Source: an uncultured Actinomycetota bacterium (lineage in GTDB: Bacteria; Actinomycetota; Actinomycetes; Actinomycetales; Microbacteriaceae). Taken from it: a stretch of 64,000 bases of DNA. Each line of letters starts with the position of its first letter. Within the stretch, counting starts at the first letter, position 1. Both the position numbers and the translations under genes were made by a program. The stretch lies in the NCBI GenBank assembly GCA_963709115.1, contig CAVPVF010000016.1, positions 429,986-493,985 of the forward strand, in the 5' to 3' direction. The notes beneath the pieces were generated by a model, which was not told where the DNA came from, ran no database searches, and worked only from the letters and a program-made list of their open reading frames with translations. Shown here in pieces: positions 35,911-48,741 of the stretch.

Positions 35911-36622
35911 GTGGCCCTCGAGGGGGAGGCAGGAATGCGGCGATCGGCGACGTTGCGAGCGGTGCTCGGCGGCGTCATCGGTGCGGCGGTCATGATCGGC
36001 ATCGTTGCGGCGGTCGCGGGGGCGCAGCCCGCAAGGGTCGAGCGGACCTCGGCGCCGCGGGGGTACGCCGGTATCGAACGGGATGCCGAGCAGATCGGTG
36101 AGGGGGCGCTCGACGCGCGGCGGCTGCATCCGACCGCGTCGCCGCCGGGCGCCGACTCCGACGCAGGTCGAGCTCGAGGCCGCCGACGCGCGGCGGAGGC
36201 GGCCGACGCGACCGCTCCGTCGACCGCCGCCCGATCCGGTTCCCGCACCCGAGCTCGACGGCGCCGGGGACGCGTCGTTCACTCCGGAGCAGATGGAGTG
36301 GCTGGCGTTCCGCAGGTGGTCGCGCGACTGCATGGCCGGCGTCGGCCAGGAATACCTGTACTGGGAATGGTGGAGCGGAGCGGGCACCCCCGGCGGGATG
36401 CCGACGCGACCCGTCGGCGAGGCGAGGGTCGCGTGGGAGCTGGCGCTCTACGGCGGCAGCCCCGGCGGCGCCGAATACCGCTGGGAGGACGCCGGCTGCT
36501 GGGGGTACGCCGCGGAGCTGACTGGGCACCTCGAACTGATCGGTCGTCTGCGCGAAGCTGGTGGGATCGAGCAGGGGCGTCGATGGCGATGTCACAGGGC
36601 CCGGCCGACAGATGGAGACACG

Positions 36623-36626
<4 letters not shown>
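35911..36626 (+). CDS. Hypothetical membrane-anchored, Trp-rich protein; 1 frame break; stop overlaps the uvrA2 start (ATGA)
   Basis: MRRSATLRAVLGGVIGAAVMIGIVAAVAGAQPA is a signal/TM anchor. A second frame holds FTPEQMEWLAFRRWSRDCMAGVGQEYLYWEWWSGAGTPGG...YRWEDAGCWGYAAELTGHLELIGRLREAG. I recognise no family. Confidence 0.4.
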
Positions 36627-39009
<2,383 letters not shown>

Positions 39010-39035
<26 letters not shown>

Positions 39036-40197
39036 GTGGTCGCGGAGGATCCCGCGGAAGAACGTGCGCAGATCGCCGACGAGCAGATCCGGCTCCTCCA
39101 TGGCCGCGAAATGCCCGCCGCGGTCGAATTCCGTCCAACGGACGATGTTGTGCTCGCGGTCCGCGAAACGCCGAATCGGGATGAATGTCACGGGGGAAGA
39201 CCGCGACCGCGGTCGGTACTGAGGATGGCGGTTCCGGCTCGCCCCAGCTCGCCAGCCCCTCTTGTAGAGCGAGCCGACGAACCGCGGTGCCGGTGAACCA
39301 GTAGAGCTCACGTTGGTGAGCAGCCGGTCGCGGTCGACGGCGTCCTCGGGCAGCTCGGCGCGAGTCGGTCCACTCCTTGAACTTCTCGCGATCCAGGCGA
39401 GTTGACCGGCCGGCGAGTCGGTGAGCCCATAGGCGAGCGTCTGCGGCCGGGTCACTGGATGAACGCGTAGCCGTGCCGACCTCATCTACCGTTGTACGGC
39501 TTCGAGGCGCGCCTGCTCGGCCTCGTCAGCGTCGGAGCTCGGCCGGATCGCCCGATCGGGAACGCCGAGCGCGCGTTGACATGCACGCCGACCACCTGGT
39601 CGGACGATGCGGCCGAGCTCGGCGAGACTCGCGCGCCAAAGTCGCCGCCCTGAGCCCCGTAGCGCTGGTAGCCGAGCCGGCGCATCAGCTCGGCCCAGGC
39701 TCTGGCGATCCGCGACAGCTCCAGCCCGTCTCTCGCGTGGGGCCAGAAAATCCGAACCCGGGCATCGAGGGCACGACGTGGAACGCGTCGGCCGGGTCGC
39801 CGCCGTGGGCGCGGGGATCGGTAAGCGGCCCGATCATGTCGATGAACTCGACGATCGAGCCTGGCCAGCCGTGGGTGAGGATCAGCGGCATGGCATCCGG
39901 CTCGGGTGAGCGCACGTGCAGGAAGTGGACGTTCTGCCGTCGATCACGGTCGTGAACTGCGGGTACTCGTTCAGCCGTGCTTCGGCCGCCCGCCAGTCGT
40001 ACGAGGTCCGCCAGTACTCGGCCAGCGCCCTCAGGTAGCTCGACGGGGCGCCGTAGCCCCAGTCCACGCCGGGCAAATCGTCGGGCCAGCGGGTGCGCGC
40101 CAGACGGTCGTGCAGGTCGTCGAGGTCGGCCTGCGGGATGTCGATGCGAAAGCGATTTCCGGTGGGAACCCGAGGCAGGGGAGGGGGGAGGGCGCAT
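39010..40197 (-). CDS. Epoxide hydrolase (alpha/beta-hydrolase with EH N-terminal domain); at least 3 frame breaks
   Basis: [110 protein letters not shown]...[27 protein letters not shown]. Confidence 0.8.
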
Positions 40198-40405
40198 CCT
40201 GTAGGGAGGGTGACGAGGGTGACGAAACATCTAACGAGGTCCTGGAGATCGGCGGTCTGAGACGGACTGGCGCCTCTCGCACTATGGCGGCTTCCGGCCG
40301 CGGAGGGGAGTTCTCGGTGACGGCCGACGCGTGTGTGGGTCGACCTCAAAATCGAGCTCACGATGGCAGTACATCTGGGAGAGAGTCACGGCGAATGCGC
40401 TTGAA

Positions 40406-40430
40406 CCCGGCGAGGAGGCCGGGCTATTTT
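40406..40430 (+). terminator. Candidate intrinsic terminator (6-bp GC stem CCCGGC/GCCGGG, loop GAGGAG, then CTATTTTCGG) with no obvious upstream plus-strand gene
   Basis: Sequence cccggc-gaggag-gccggg-ctattttcgg. It lies about 210 nt inside the non-coding stretch that begins after the epoxide hydrolase start codon at 40197. Confidence 0.35.
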
Positions 40431-40581
40431 CGGCATGTCACCGTGGCACGCCTGCGGCGTCGAGCGGGAACTCTACGCTTCCTCGTGTCGGGGCATCGGC
40501 CAGGATGACAGGATGTCCTCGACGAGCGACCTCGTCTCGCTACGTCCCGCTCCCGGGGGCGACGGTCGTCCGAGCTGTCGG

Positions 40582-41038
<457 letters not shown>

Positions 41039-41237
41039 GGACGGAGACGAACTGGCCGCTATACCCTGCCCGGAGGACTCGGGAGCGCGCGCAGTCGATC
41101 GGGACATGCCATGGCGAAAAAGGGCGTGGGGACGGCTCGTCGCTTCTAAAGGTTCCTGAGCGGGCTTTCTAAATGGTCTCGCATCCAAACATCCATATCG
41201 GGGAGGGTGGAAGCCGGAGACGAGGGAGGCGCCGCGA

Positions 41238-41690
41238 CTACCGCCCGGACCTCACGGGCTCGAGCGATTGACGCGACGCGCCAATTCGCTCTGCGGGCGG
41301 CCGGAGCAGCCATGCCCAGACGGCGAGTGCGACTGCGACCAGGATCACGATGGCGCCCAGCGGAACATGGAGCGCAGACAGCGAACGGAACCCTGCGAAC
41401 GCCTGCAACGACATCAGTGCCAGCAATCCGACCGTGGCGCCGATCAGCCACCGCGGTGCCCTCCCGAGGCGGGTCGCCAGAACGGCAGCCACGATCGCGA
41501 TCATCAGCGCGGTGCCCGTCACGGTCGCCATCTCGCGGTGCCATGCGAATGCCCAGTGGGCGCCACCCATGAACAGGCCGGCCAGCACGGCCTGCCCGAA
41601 CATGAGGAGCGCGGTCACCGTCAGTGAGATCTGCAGGAACCGTACCGGCCACCGCCGCGTGTCGCGGGCCGCATCATCGAGAGAGGACAT
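41238..41690 (-). CDS. Hypothetical integral membrane protein (4 TM), intact, divergent from the MarR gene
   Basis: Intact 150 aa: ...VRFLQISLTVTALLMFGQAVLAGLFMGGAHWAFAWHREMATVTGTALMIAIVAAVLATRLGRAPRWLIGATVGLLALMSLQAFAGF... Confidence 0.6.
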   Translation of the reverse strand: MSSLDDAARDTRRWPVRFLQISLTVTALLMFGQAVLAGLFMGGAHWAFAWHREMATVTGTALMIAIVAAVLATRLGRAPRWLIGATVGLLALMSLQAFAGFRSLSALHVPLGAIVILVAVALAVWAWLLRPPAERIGASRQSLEPVRSGR

Positions 41691-41707
41691 GTCCTGAGCC
41701 TACTATG

Positions 41708-41742
41708 TTAGATCCGTTTGGATCAATTGCATCTGGATCTAA
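41708..41742. promoter_or_regulatory. Low-GC palindromic operator candidate TTAGATCC-N19-GGATCTAA with inner GGATCAATTGCATC(T)GGATC symmetry, in the membrane-protein/MarR divergent intergenic region
   Basis: ttagatccgtttggatcaattgcatctggatctaa. The outer 8-bp arms are perfect reverse complements, and the central caattg is itself palindromic. It abuts the first ATG of the MarR ORF. Confidence 0.55.
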
Positions 41743-42153
41743 ATGGGAGAGAATCGGAGCATGAGCATTGAAAAGGGAGAGGTGTCCATCGAGGTCGGAC
41801 TCCTGCTCAACCAAGTCCATTCCCTGGCGACCCAGAGACTGAACGCGGCGCTGAGACCGATGAGCCTCACCAGCAGGCACGTCGCAGTGATGTTCCTCAT
41901 CCGCGACGGGGTCGAGACCGAACGCGACCTGGTCGCGCGGATGAACAGCGACAAGACCGGCATGGTTCGCGTGGTCGATGATCTCGAGCGGCTCGGACAT
42001 CTCTCCAGGACGCCATCGACGACCGACCGGAGGGTCACCATCCTCAGGCTCACCGACGGGGGAGAGGCCGCCCTTCGAACGGCTCAGCGGCACACCAAGA
42101 GCGTCGCCGATGAACTCTTCCAGGCCGTCGGGCCGAGGATCTGGACACCTTGT
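41743..42153 (+). CDS. MarR-family transcriptional regulator; 1 frame break near the C-terminus. The start may be the second Met at 41761
   Basis: LLNQVHSLATQRLNAALRPMSLTSRHVAVMFLIRDGVETERDLVARMNSDKTGMVRVVDDLERLGHLSRTPSTTDRRVTILRLTDGGEAAL is a winged-HTH MarR core. Confidence 0.8.
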
Positions 42154-42479
42154 AGTGGATCCTGGCGCGGACGCTCGGTGCCGCCCTGCCGCCACGCTGA
42201 CTGCGCGCCAGGCGGCTGGTCCGATGCGCTTCCCATCCGACGTTCTCTCGCATCAGTGGAACTCGCGGCAGGTAGGCGCCGATAATGCACATTATGTCGG
42301 TTCGATGATCTCACCACTCGCATTTCTGCAACAGGTGACGAAGCGCGGATGAAGCGACGCCCGCCGTGCTCGCTCGCCACTCCCCGCTCGCTAGTCGGGC
42401 GCCCCGTCGCGCTCGCTTCGTTGGGCGAGGCGTTGCACTTGCCATTCGTGCACGTCGCTCACCCATTCCCATCCGGGCT

Positions 42480-43223
42480 TGGCCGATGAGCCGATCCGCG
42501 GGTCGTTGGGAACACTGGCCGTCCCGCAGGGCCTGCACGTAGGCCCGATCCTGGTCGATCCGTGCGCGCAGCTGGTCAGCGCCGCCGACGGACCCGTGGC
42601 CAGGGATGACGACATCGACGTCGTCCGCCACGCCCTCGAGCAGCCGCAGCGCGGCGAGGTAGTCCTCGATCGGGTCCGCGGCCTGCAGGTCGAGCATCGG
42701 AATCAGGACGTCGGAGAGCATGTCGCCGGCGACGAGGACGCCGCGCTCCTCGATCAACAGCGCCGCATGGCCCGGGGCATGCGCCTGATGCTCGATGATC
42801 CGGACCTCGGGGCCATCCCACGGAATCTGCGCGGCTTCGGCGGGCAGACCGGTGATGAGACCGAGCAGGTCCATCGGGATCGTCCTCGGCGAACTCCGGC
42901 GGCAGCCCCTCGGCGACGCGGGCCTCCCAGTCCGCGTTCGACAGCAGATCTCGGATGGATGCCGCGCAGCGGGCTGTGCCGTAGCGGGGCGCGTCGCCGA
43001 GCTCGGGGTGCCAGAGCACGTGGTCCCAATCGGGATGCGTCGAGAAGCCTGCCACGACGGGCTGGCCCGACTCGCGAAGGTCGTTCGCGAGGGCCGCCAT
43101 TTCGTCGCGCGTGATGCCGGGGTCGATGAGCAGCACGCCGGCCTCGCCCTGCACGACGACGGCGTTGCTCTGGATGCACTCGCTCTCGTGGACCAGCACG
43201 CCCTCGGCGACCTGCTTCAGCAT
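42480..43223 (-). CDS. MBL-fold metallo-hydrolase; 1 frame break near 42880; 3' end approximate
   Basis: GVLVHESECIQSNAVVVQGEAGVLLIDPGITRDEMAALANDLRESGQPVVAGFSTHPDWDHVLW (HxHxDH motif) ... LLIEERGVLVAGDMLSD...VVIPGHGSV. Confidence 0.75.
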
Positions 43224-43813
43224 CAGCTGGCCTCCCTCACATCGCGGATGGCGTAGCGGTGCATCGTGACGCCCCGCTCGAACGATCGCTGCTCGAGCAG
43301 ATCGAGTTCGATCGGCATGTCGTAGTCGTCGAACAGCGGCCTGCCGAAGCCGAGGATCGCGGGATGGGTGGCGAGCAGCAGCTCGTCGAGCAGCCCCGCC
43401 CGGAGCAGCTGCGTCGCCAGCGTCGCGCCGCCGACCCCGATCGTGCCGTCGGTCTCGGCTCGGAGGGCGGCGAGCTGCTCGATCGCGTCGTCTCCGCCGA
43501 TGATCCGGGTGTTGTGATCGGCGCTGCGGCGGGTGCGGGAGACGAGCACCTTGGGCTTGGCGGTCCAGATCTCGCCGTACTCACGGATGAAGTCCGGCGC
43601 CGACGCGTCCTCGTGCGCCCGTGGCCAGTACTCCTCCATGGTCTCGTAGAAGACCCGCCCGTGGACGATCAGCGCGAGCGCCCGCGTCCGGGCATTGAAC
43701 TCGCGGTGCAGTTCCTCGCCGATGCGGATCCACTCGCCTGCGCCGTTGTCGCCCGGGACCTGCTCGATCCGCAGATCGAGGGACACGTTCATCGAATACA
43801 CGAAGCGGCCCAT
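43223..43813 (-). CDS. Dihydrofolate-reductase-like (RibD C-terminal domain family) protein, intact
   Basis: MGRFVYSMNVSLDLRIEQ...LIVHGRVFYETM...KVLVSRT...IIGGDDAIEQLAALRAETDGTIGVGGATLATQLLRAGLLDELLLATHPAILGFGRPLF. Confidence 0.75.
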   Translation of the reverse strand: MGRFVYSMNVSLDLRIEQVPGDNGAGEWIRIGEELHREFNARTRALALIVHGRVFYETMEEYWPRAHEDASAPDFIREYGEIWTAKPKVLVSRTRRSADHNTRIIGGDDAIEQLAALRAETDGTIGVGGATLATQLLRAGLLDELLLATHPAILGFGRPLFDDYDMPIELDLLEQRSFERGVTMHRYAIRDVREAS

Positions 43814-43828
43814 CAGCTCCTCGTCTCC

Positions 43829-43856
43829 AATAGTGATTGCGTTTTGCAACCACTAT
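43829..43856. promoter_or_regulatory. Inverted repeat AATAGTGATTGC-gtttt-GCAACCACTAT in the DHFR-like/HxlR divergent intergenic region, an operator candidate
   Basis: aatagtgattgcgttttgcaaccactat has 11-12-bp arms with one mismatch. The local sequence is AT-rich and sits 34 bp upstream of the HxlR GTG. Confidence 0.5.
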
Positions 43857-43889
43857 AGTGAGAAGCGACATAGCTGTCAAGGAGGAATC

Positions 43890-44390
43890 GTGGAACCACG
43901 GTCCGGGGGTCCGATCAACGCCGCCGTCGAGGTGCTCGGAGATCGCTGGACGCTGCTCGTGCTGCGCGACGTCATCTTCGGCGACCGCCGCTACTTCCGG
44001 GCGCTGCTCACCGGGTCGATCGAGGGCATCGCTTCGAACATCCTCGCCGACCGCCTCAAGCGGCTCATCGACGCAGGGCTCCTCGCCCGCGGCGGCACCG
44101 CAGTCCGGGGGCAGCGCGCTCGCTTCAGCCTGACCGAAGCGGGGATCCAGACCGTGCCGATCATCTGCGCCCTGGGCAACTGGGGCCTCGACTGGCGTCC
44201 CGGCAGCGACGAGCTCCGGGCCCGGCAGCAGCTCATGCGCGACGAGGGTCCGGCGTTCATCGAGGAGCTCATGGACGAGCTGCGCGTCCGCCACCTCGAC
44301 GCCCCGCCGAAGCCGCACGCCGGCCCGGGCCCGTTCGAGCGCCTCGACGCCGCCTCGCGCCGCGGCATCCGACCCGACATCACCCTGACC
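43890..44390 (+). CDS. HxlR-family (MarR-like wHTH) transcriptional regulator; 3' end approximate (frame break)
   Basis: GTG start after an aggagg RBS. PINAAVEVLGDRWTLLVLRDVIFGDRRYFRALLTGSIEGIASNILADRLKRLIDAGLL is the HxlR/YtcD DUF24 HTH signature. Confidence 0.8.
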
Positions 44391-44446
44391 GATGGTCTTT
44401 TTTCACCAGCGGTCCGCACTCCCCCGCATCCGCCGCGAGAAGAGCA

Positions 44447-45024
44447 TCATGACCGCTATGTACACTTTGGACGTCTTCACCTCCCTCGACGGCTTCGGCG
44501 CCCACGGGGGCGACTGGGGTGGCTACTGGGGCAAGCAAGGCCCGGAGTTCCTCGCCTACCGGGTCGCATTGCTCGCCAGGACAGCGGATAGTGTACGGCG
44601 CCAACACGTATCGCGCGCACGCGCAGATGCTGGCCTCGAGCACCGAGGAGTCCGAGTCCGTGACCCATGGGTCACCCGGATGAGGAACCTGCCGGCAACC
44701 GTGGTGTCGACCACGCTGGAAGGACCCCTCGACTGGCCGGACGCGACCGTCGTGAGCGGCGACGCCGTCGACATCGTCGCCCGGCTCAAGGAGGAGTCCG
44801 AGGTGCCGTTGCGCTCGCACGGCAGCCTGTCGCTGAACCGGGCGCTGATGGCCGCCGGTCTGGTCGACCGCGTCCAGGTGACGCTCTTCCCCGTGATCAC
44901 CGGACAGACCGGACTGGACCCGATCTTCAAGGGTGGGGACGACTTCGACCTGGAGCTGATCGAGAGCCGGACGCTCGACGGCAACACCCAGGAGCTCATC
45001 TACCGACCGAGCCTGCATGGCTGA
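44447..45024 (+). CDS. Second dihydrofolate-reductase-like (RibD C-terminal domain family) protein; 2 frame breaks
   Basis: MTAMYTLDVFTSLDGFGAHGGDWGGYWGKQGPEFLAY ... VVSTTLEGPLDWPDATVVSGDAVDIVARLKEESEVPLRSHGSLSLNRALMAAGLVDRVQVTLFPVITGQTGLDPIF...LELIESRTLDGNTQELIYRP. Confidence 0.75.
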
Positions 45025-45123
45025 GTCATCATGGCTGGGACGACGGGGGGTCTGCGCACCGGCTCGTACCGGTGAGCGCGGCGCTTCCTCATTCTCTGAA
45101 GGGAAGCAGGAAGGAGAGCAGTC

Positions 45124-47403
45124 ATGCTCTCCACTTTCAGGATATCGGCTCGGAGGGGGCCTTGCCGCAAGGCCCCGGTCCGGGCGCATACTGGTCGGCC
45201 GAGACTCCGAGACCACGCGCCCAGACCGGAGCTGAGACGTGATTCCCTGACCACCAGCGTGTTCGACCTTCCCGACCGCCTCGCCGCCAAGGCCGACCCG
45301 GCGCTGATCGCCGCCGACGAGCAGCACTTCGCCGCCATCGCGCGAGAGCCTCGAGGAGTCGATCGCCGAACTGTCCGACCGCTGGATGCCGCGCGCAGGG
45401 AGCCCGGCGGCACGGGCCAGCAGGCGCTGGACCGAGACCTGGAGATCCACCGCCTGACCGCTCGCCTGCGCACGCTCCGACGCTTCGGGCTCGACCTGTG
45501 CCTCGGGCACATGGTCGGCGCCGACGACGCCGAGCCCGTCTACATCGGCCGGCTCGGCCTCGACGGACAGCGCCGGCCGCCGGCTGCTGATCGACTGGCG
45601 CTCCCCCGCCGCCGAGCCGTTCTTCGGCGCGACCCACGCGAACCCGATGGGCCTGGTCGAGCCGCCGCCGGTATCGCTGGACCCGCGGTCGGATCAGCGA
45701 CTACTGGGACGAGGTGTTCACGCCCGAGGGTCTCGAAGGGCGCGCCGCGCTCGACGACCAGTCCGCCTTCATCGCCAGCCTCGGCAGCAGCCGGTCGAGC
45801 CGGATGCGCGACGTGCTCGCGACCATCCAGGCCGACCAGGACGCCATCATCCGCGCGGGATCCCGCGGCGCGCTCGTCGTCGACGGCGGACCGGGCACGG
45901 GCAAGACCGTCGTCGCCCTGCACCGCGCCGCCTACCTGCTGTACTCCGACCCGCGCCTCGGCCGCCGCCGGGGCGGCGTGCTGTTCGTCGGCCCGCACCG
46001 GCCGTACCTGGCCTACGTCGCCGACGTCCTCCCCAGCCTCGGCGAGGAGGGCGTGCAGACCTGCACCCTGCGCGACCTCGTCCCGAGGGAGCGGCAGCGG
46101 CGACCGAGACCGACCCGGAGGTGGCCCGGCTGAAGTCGTCCGGCCGAACTGGTGCAGGCGATCGAGACGGCCGTCCGGTTCCACGAGGAGCCGCCCGCCG
46201 AGGAGATGCTCGTCGAGACGCCGTGGGCGGACGTCCGGCTCGAGCGCCGACGACTGGGCCGAGGCGTTCGAGGCGCCGGAACCCGGCACTGCCACACAAC
46301 GAGGCCCGCGATCAGGTCTGGAGGCGCTGCTGACGATCCTCATCGACAAGCACGACGACGATGTGCCGCCGCACCTGCTTCGCCGGTCGCTGCTGCAGAA
46401 CGAGGAGCTGCGCGCGGCCTTCAGACGGGCGTGGCCGCTGCTCGACCCGGCGGGCGTCGTCGGCGACCTGTGGTCGGTGCCCGCCTACCTGCGGCATCTG
46501 CGCCCCGTGGCTCGCCCCGACGAGGTCGCGGCGCTGCAGCGCGCGGACGCCGCACGCCTGGACGGTGTCCGACCTGCCGTTCCTGGATGCCGCGCGGCAG
46601 CGGATCGGCGACCCGGCGGCGTCCGCGACGCCGGCGCGGCGCGACGCCGCCCTCGCCGCCGAGCACGAGCGTCAGGGACCGGGTCGTCGACGACCTGATC
46701 GCGGCCGACGACTCGGAGATGCGGCGTCATGTCGATGCTGCGCGGGCAGGACGCCCAGAACACGCTCGTCGACGAGGCGCACTGCCCAGCGCCGACCCGA
46801 CCTGCTCGCCGGCCCGTTCGCGCACATCGTCGTCGACGAGGCCCAGGAGCTGACCGATGCCGAGTGGCAGATGCTGCTGCTGCGTTGCCCGTCCCGGAGC
46901 TTCACCGTCGTCGGCGACCGCGCCCAGGCCCGGCACGGGTTCACGGAGTCGTGGCAGGAGCGGCTCGAGCGCATCGGGCTCGACCGGATCGACTTGGCGA
47001 CCCTGACCATCAACTACCGGACGCCGGCCGAGATCATGGCGGAGGCCGAGCCGGTCATCCGGGCCGTGCTCCCGGACGCGAACGTGCCGACCTCCGTCCG
47101 CAGCAGCGGCATCCCCGTCGAGCACGGCGCCGCATCGCGAGCTGGGTCGATCCTCGGACGCTGGCTCGCCGCGCACGCCGAAGGCATCGCCTGCGTCATC
47201 GGCGACCGGCGACGTTCGAGCCGGCGCATCGAGCGACGCCCGCGTGCGGTCGCTGACCCCGGAGCTGTCGAAGGGACTCGAGTTCGACCTGGTGGTGCTG
47301 ATCGAGCCGGAGGCGTTCGGCACGCGGCATCGAGGGCGCGGTCGACCGCTATGTCGCGATGACCCGCGCGACCCAGCAGCTCGTCATCCTCACGACGGCC
47401 TGA
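45124..47403 (+). CDS. helD: HelD-like UvrD/Rep-family helicase (RNAP-associated); about 5 frame breaks; true start may be downstream of 45124
   Basis: ALVVDGGPGTGKTVVALHRAAYLL (Walker A), HIVVDEAQELTDAEWQMLLLRCPSRSFTVVGDRAQAR (motif II/III), RTPAEIMAEAEPVI, C-terminal LSKGLEFDLVVLIEPE...YVAMTRATQQLVILTTA. The N-terminal domain carries the HelD-type IGRLGL motif. Confidence 0.8.
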
Positions 47404-47513
47404 CGTCGGATTCACGCGTGCAACGATTCGGCGCCGAGCGATGGATACGACGACACTCGGGAGGTCAGTACGGTCCGCGGTCGAGCGCCCTCGCGCGCAG
47501 CGGCCCCTCATGT

Positions 47514-47869
47514 CAGCGCTGCTCGGCCTCTTCGCGTTCCTCGCGTTCCTCGCGTTCCTCGAACTTCTCGAGGCGACGCCCGGTCGCGGGCATTCCCAGC
47601 TCGTTGTACGGGCCCGAGACGTCGCGCTCGGGAAGCCGTTCGTCGGTGGGGCACACGAGCACCGTGTTGGCGCGTGGAGTGGTCGATCACGTGCTCGAAC
47701 ATCGGATGCCCGCAGATCGGGCACGCCTTCTGGTCGTCCGGCACCGCGGGTCTGTCATCTTCGGGGGACATCGGTGGAGCGCCGAACACGGGCTCGAGTG
47801 CCCGGTCGACGCGTTCGAAGAACCTCGTGAACGAGTTGCCCTCGGCGGGCTCGCCTCCTCGCGTGCCAT
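47514..47869 (-). CDS. Small conserved Zn-ribbon protein (CPICGHPMFEH...VCP) with an (EER)n acidic tail; 2 frame breaks
   Basis: RFFERVDRALEPVFGAPPMSPEDDRPAVPDDQKACPICGHPMFEHVIDHSTPANTVLVCPTDERLPERDVSGPYNELGMPATGRRLEKFEEREEREEREEAEQR. The tail is encoded by a 9-bp tandem repeat cgcgttcct x3 at 47533-47559. Confidence 0.5.
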
Positions 47870-47932
47870 GCGCCCGATGGTACGCCCGCTCCCGTCGCCC
47901 GCGCCAGACCCGCGTTCGCGCGCCATAGGCTG

Positions 47933-48703
47933 GTGACCATGCAGTCGGATGCCCCGAGCCGCCCCGTCACGATCGTCACCGGCGCCAGCCGGGGCATCGG
48001 TGCCGCCGTCGCCGAGCGGCTCGCGGCCGACGGTCACGACCTCGTGCTCACGTACCGCGACCGCGAGGCGGACGCCGCCCAGGTCGTGCGGGCGTGCGAG
48101 GAATCCGGCGCACGCGTGCTGCTGCTGCGCGTCGACCTCGCCGACCTCGACGCCGCCGCCACGGTGGTGCCGGCCGCGATCGAGCGATTCGGCACGGTCA
48201 CGGGGCTCGTGAACAACGCGGGCATCACGGGACGCATCGGCGGGTTCCTCGACGGATCGATCGAGGAGTCCGAGCTCCTGTTCCGCGTCAACGTCCTGGC
48301 CCCCATCGTGCTGACGCGCGCCGCGATCGCGCACATGGCGACCGACCGGGGCGGCGCGGGCGGCTGCATCGTCAACATCTCGTCGGGCGCGGCCACGACG
48401 GGCGCGCCGAACACCTACATCCCCTACTCCATGAGCAAGGCGGCGCTCAACGCGCTCACGACCGGCACCTCGAAGGAGTTCGGTCCGGTCGGCGTGCGCG
48501 TGAACACGGTGTCGCCCGGCACGACGCGCACCGAGATCCACGCCGCGGCGGGGCGGCCGAACGCGCCCGACGAGCGCGCCCCCGGCATTCCCATGCGCCG
48601 CCCCGGCGAGGTGCACGAGGTCGCCGGCGCGGTCGCCTACCTGTTCTCGGCGGATGCCTCGTACACGTCGGGTGCCGACATCCGGGTCGCCGGCGGCAAC
48701 TGA
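47933..48703 (+). CDS. SDR-family oxidoreductase, intact
   Basis: Intact 256 aa with TGASRGIGAAV, NNAG and the catalytic Y...K (YSMSKAAL). Confidence 0.85.
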   Translation: MTMQSDAPSRPVTIVTGASRGIGAAVAERLAADGHDLVLTYRDREADAAQVVRACEESGARVLLLRVDLADLDAAATVVPAAIERFGTVTGLVNNAGITGRIGGFLDGSIEESELLFRVNVLAPIVLTRAAIAHMATDRGGAGGCIVNISSGAATTGAPNTYIPYSMSKAALNALTTGTSKEFGPVGVRVNTVSPGTTRTEIHAAAGRPNAPDERAPGIPMRRPGEVHEVAGAVAYLFSADASYTSGADIRVAGGN

Positions 48704-48741
48704 GCCCCGGCTGCCACCGCAGTCCGAGCGGCCGTGCCGGC

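Noticed and set aside
39036-40508. ORFs 39036-39296(+), 39473-39955(+), 39607-39909(+), 39906-40508(+)
   Set aside because: They are antisense to the well-supported, though frame-broken, epoxide hydrolase gene and have no conserved motifs.
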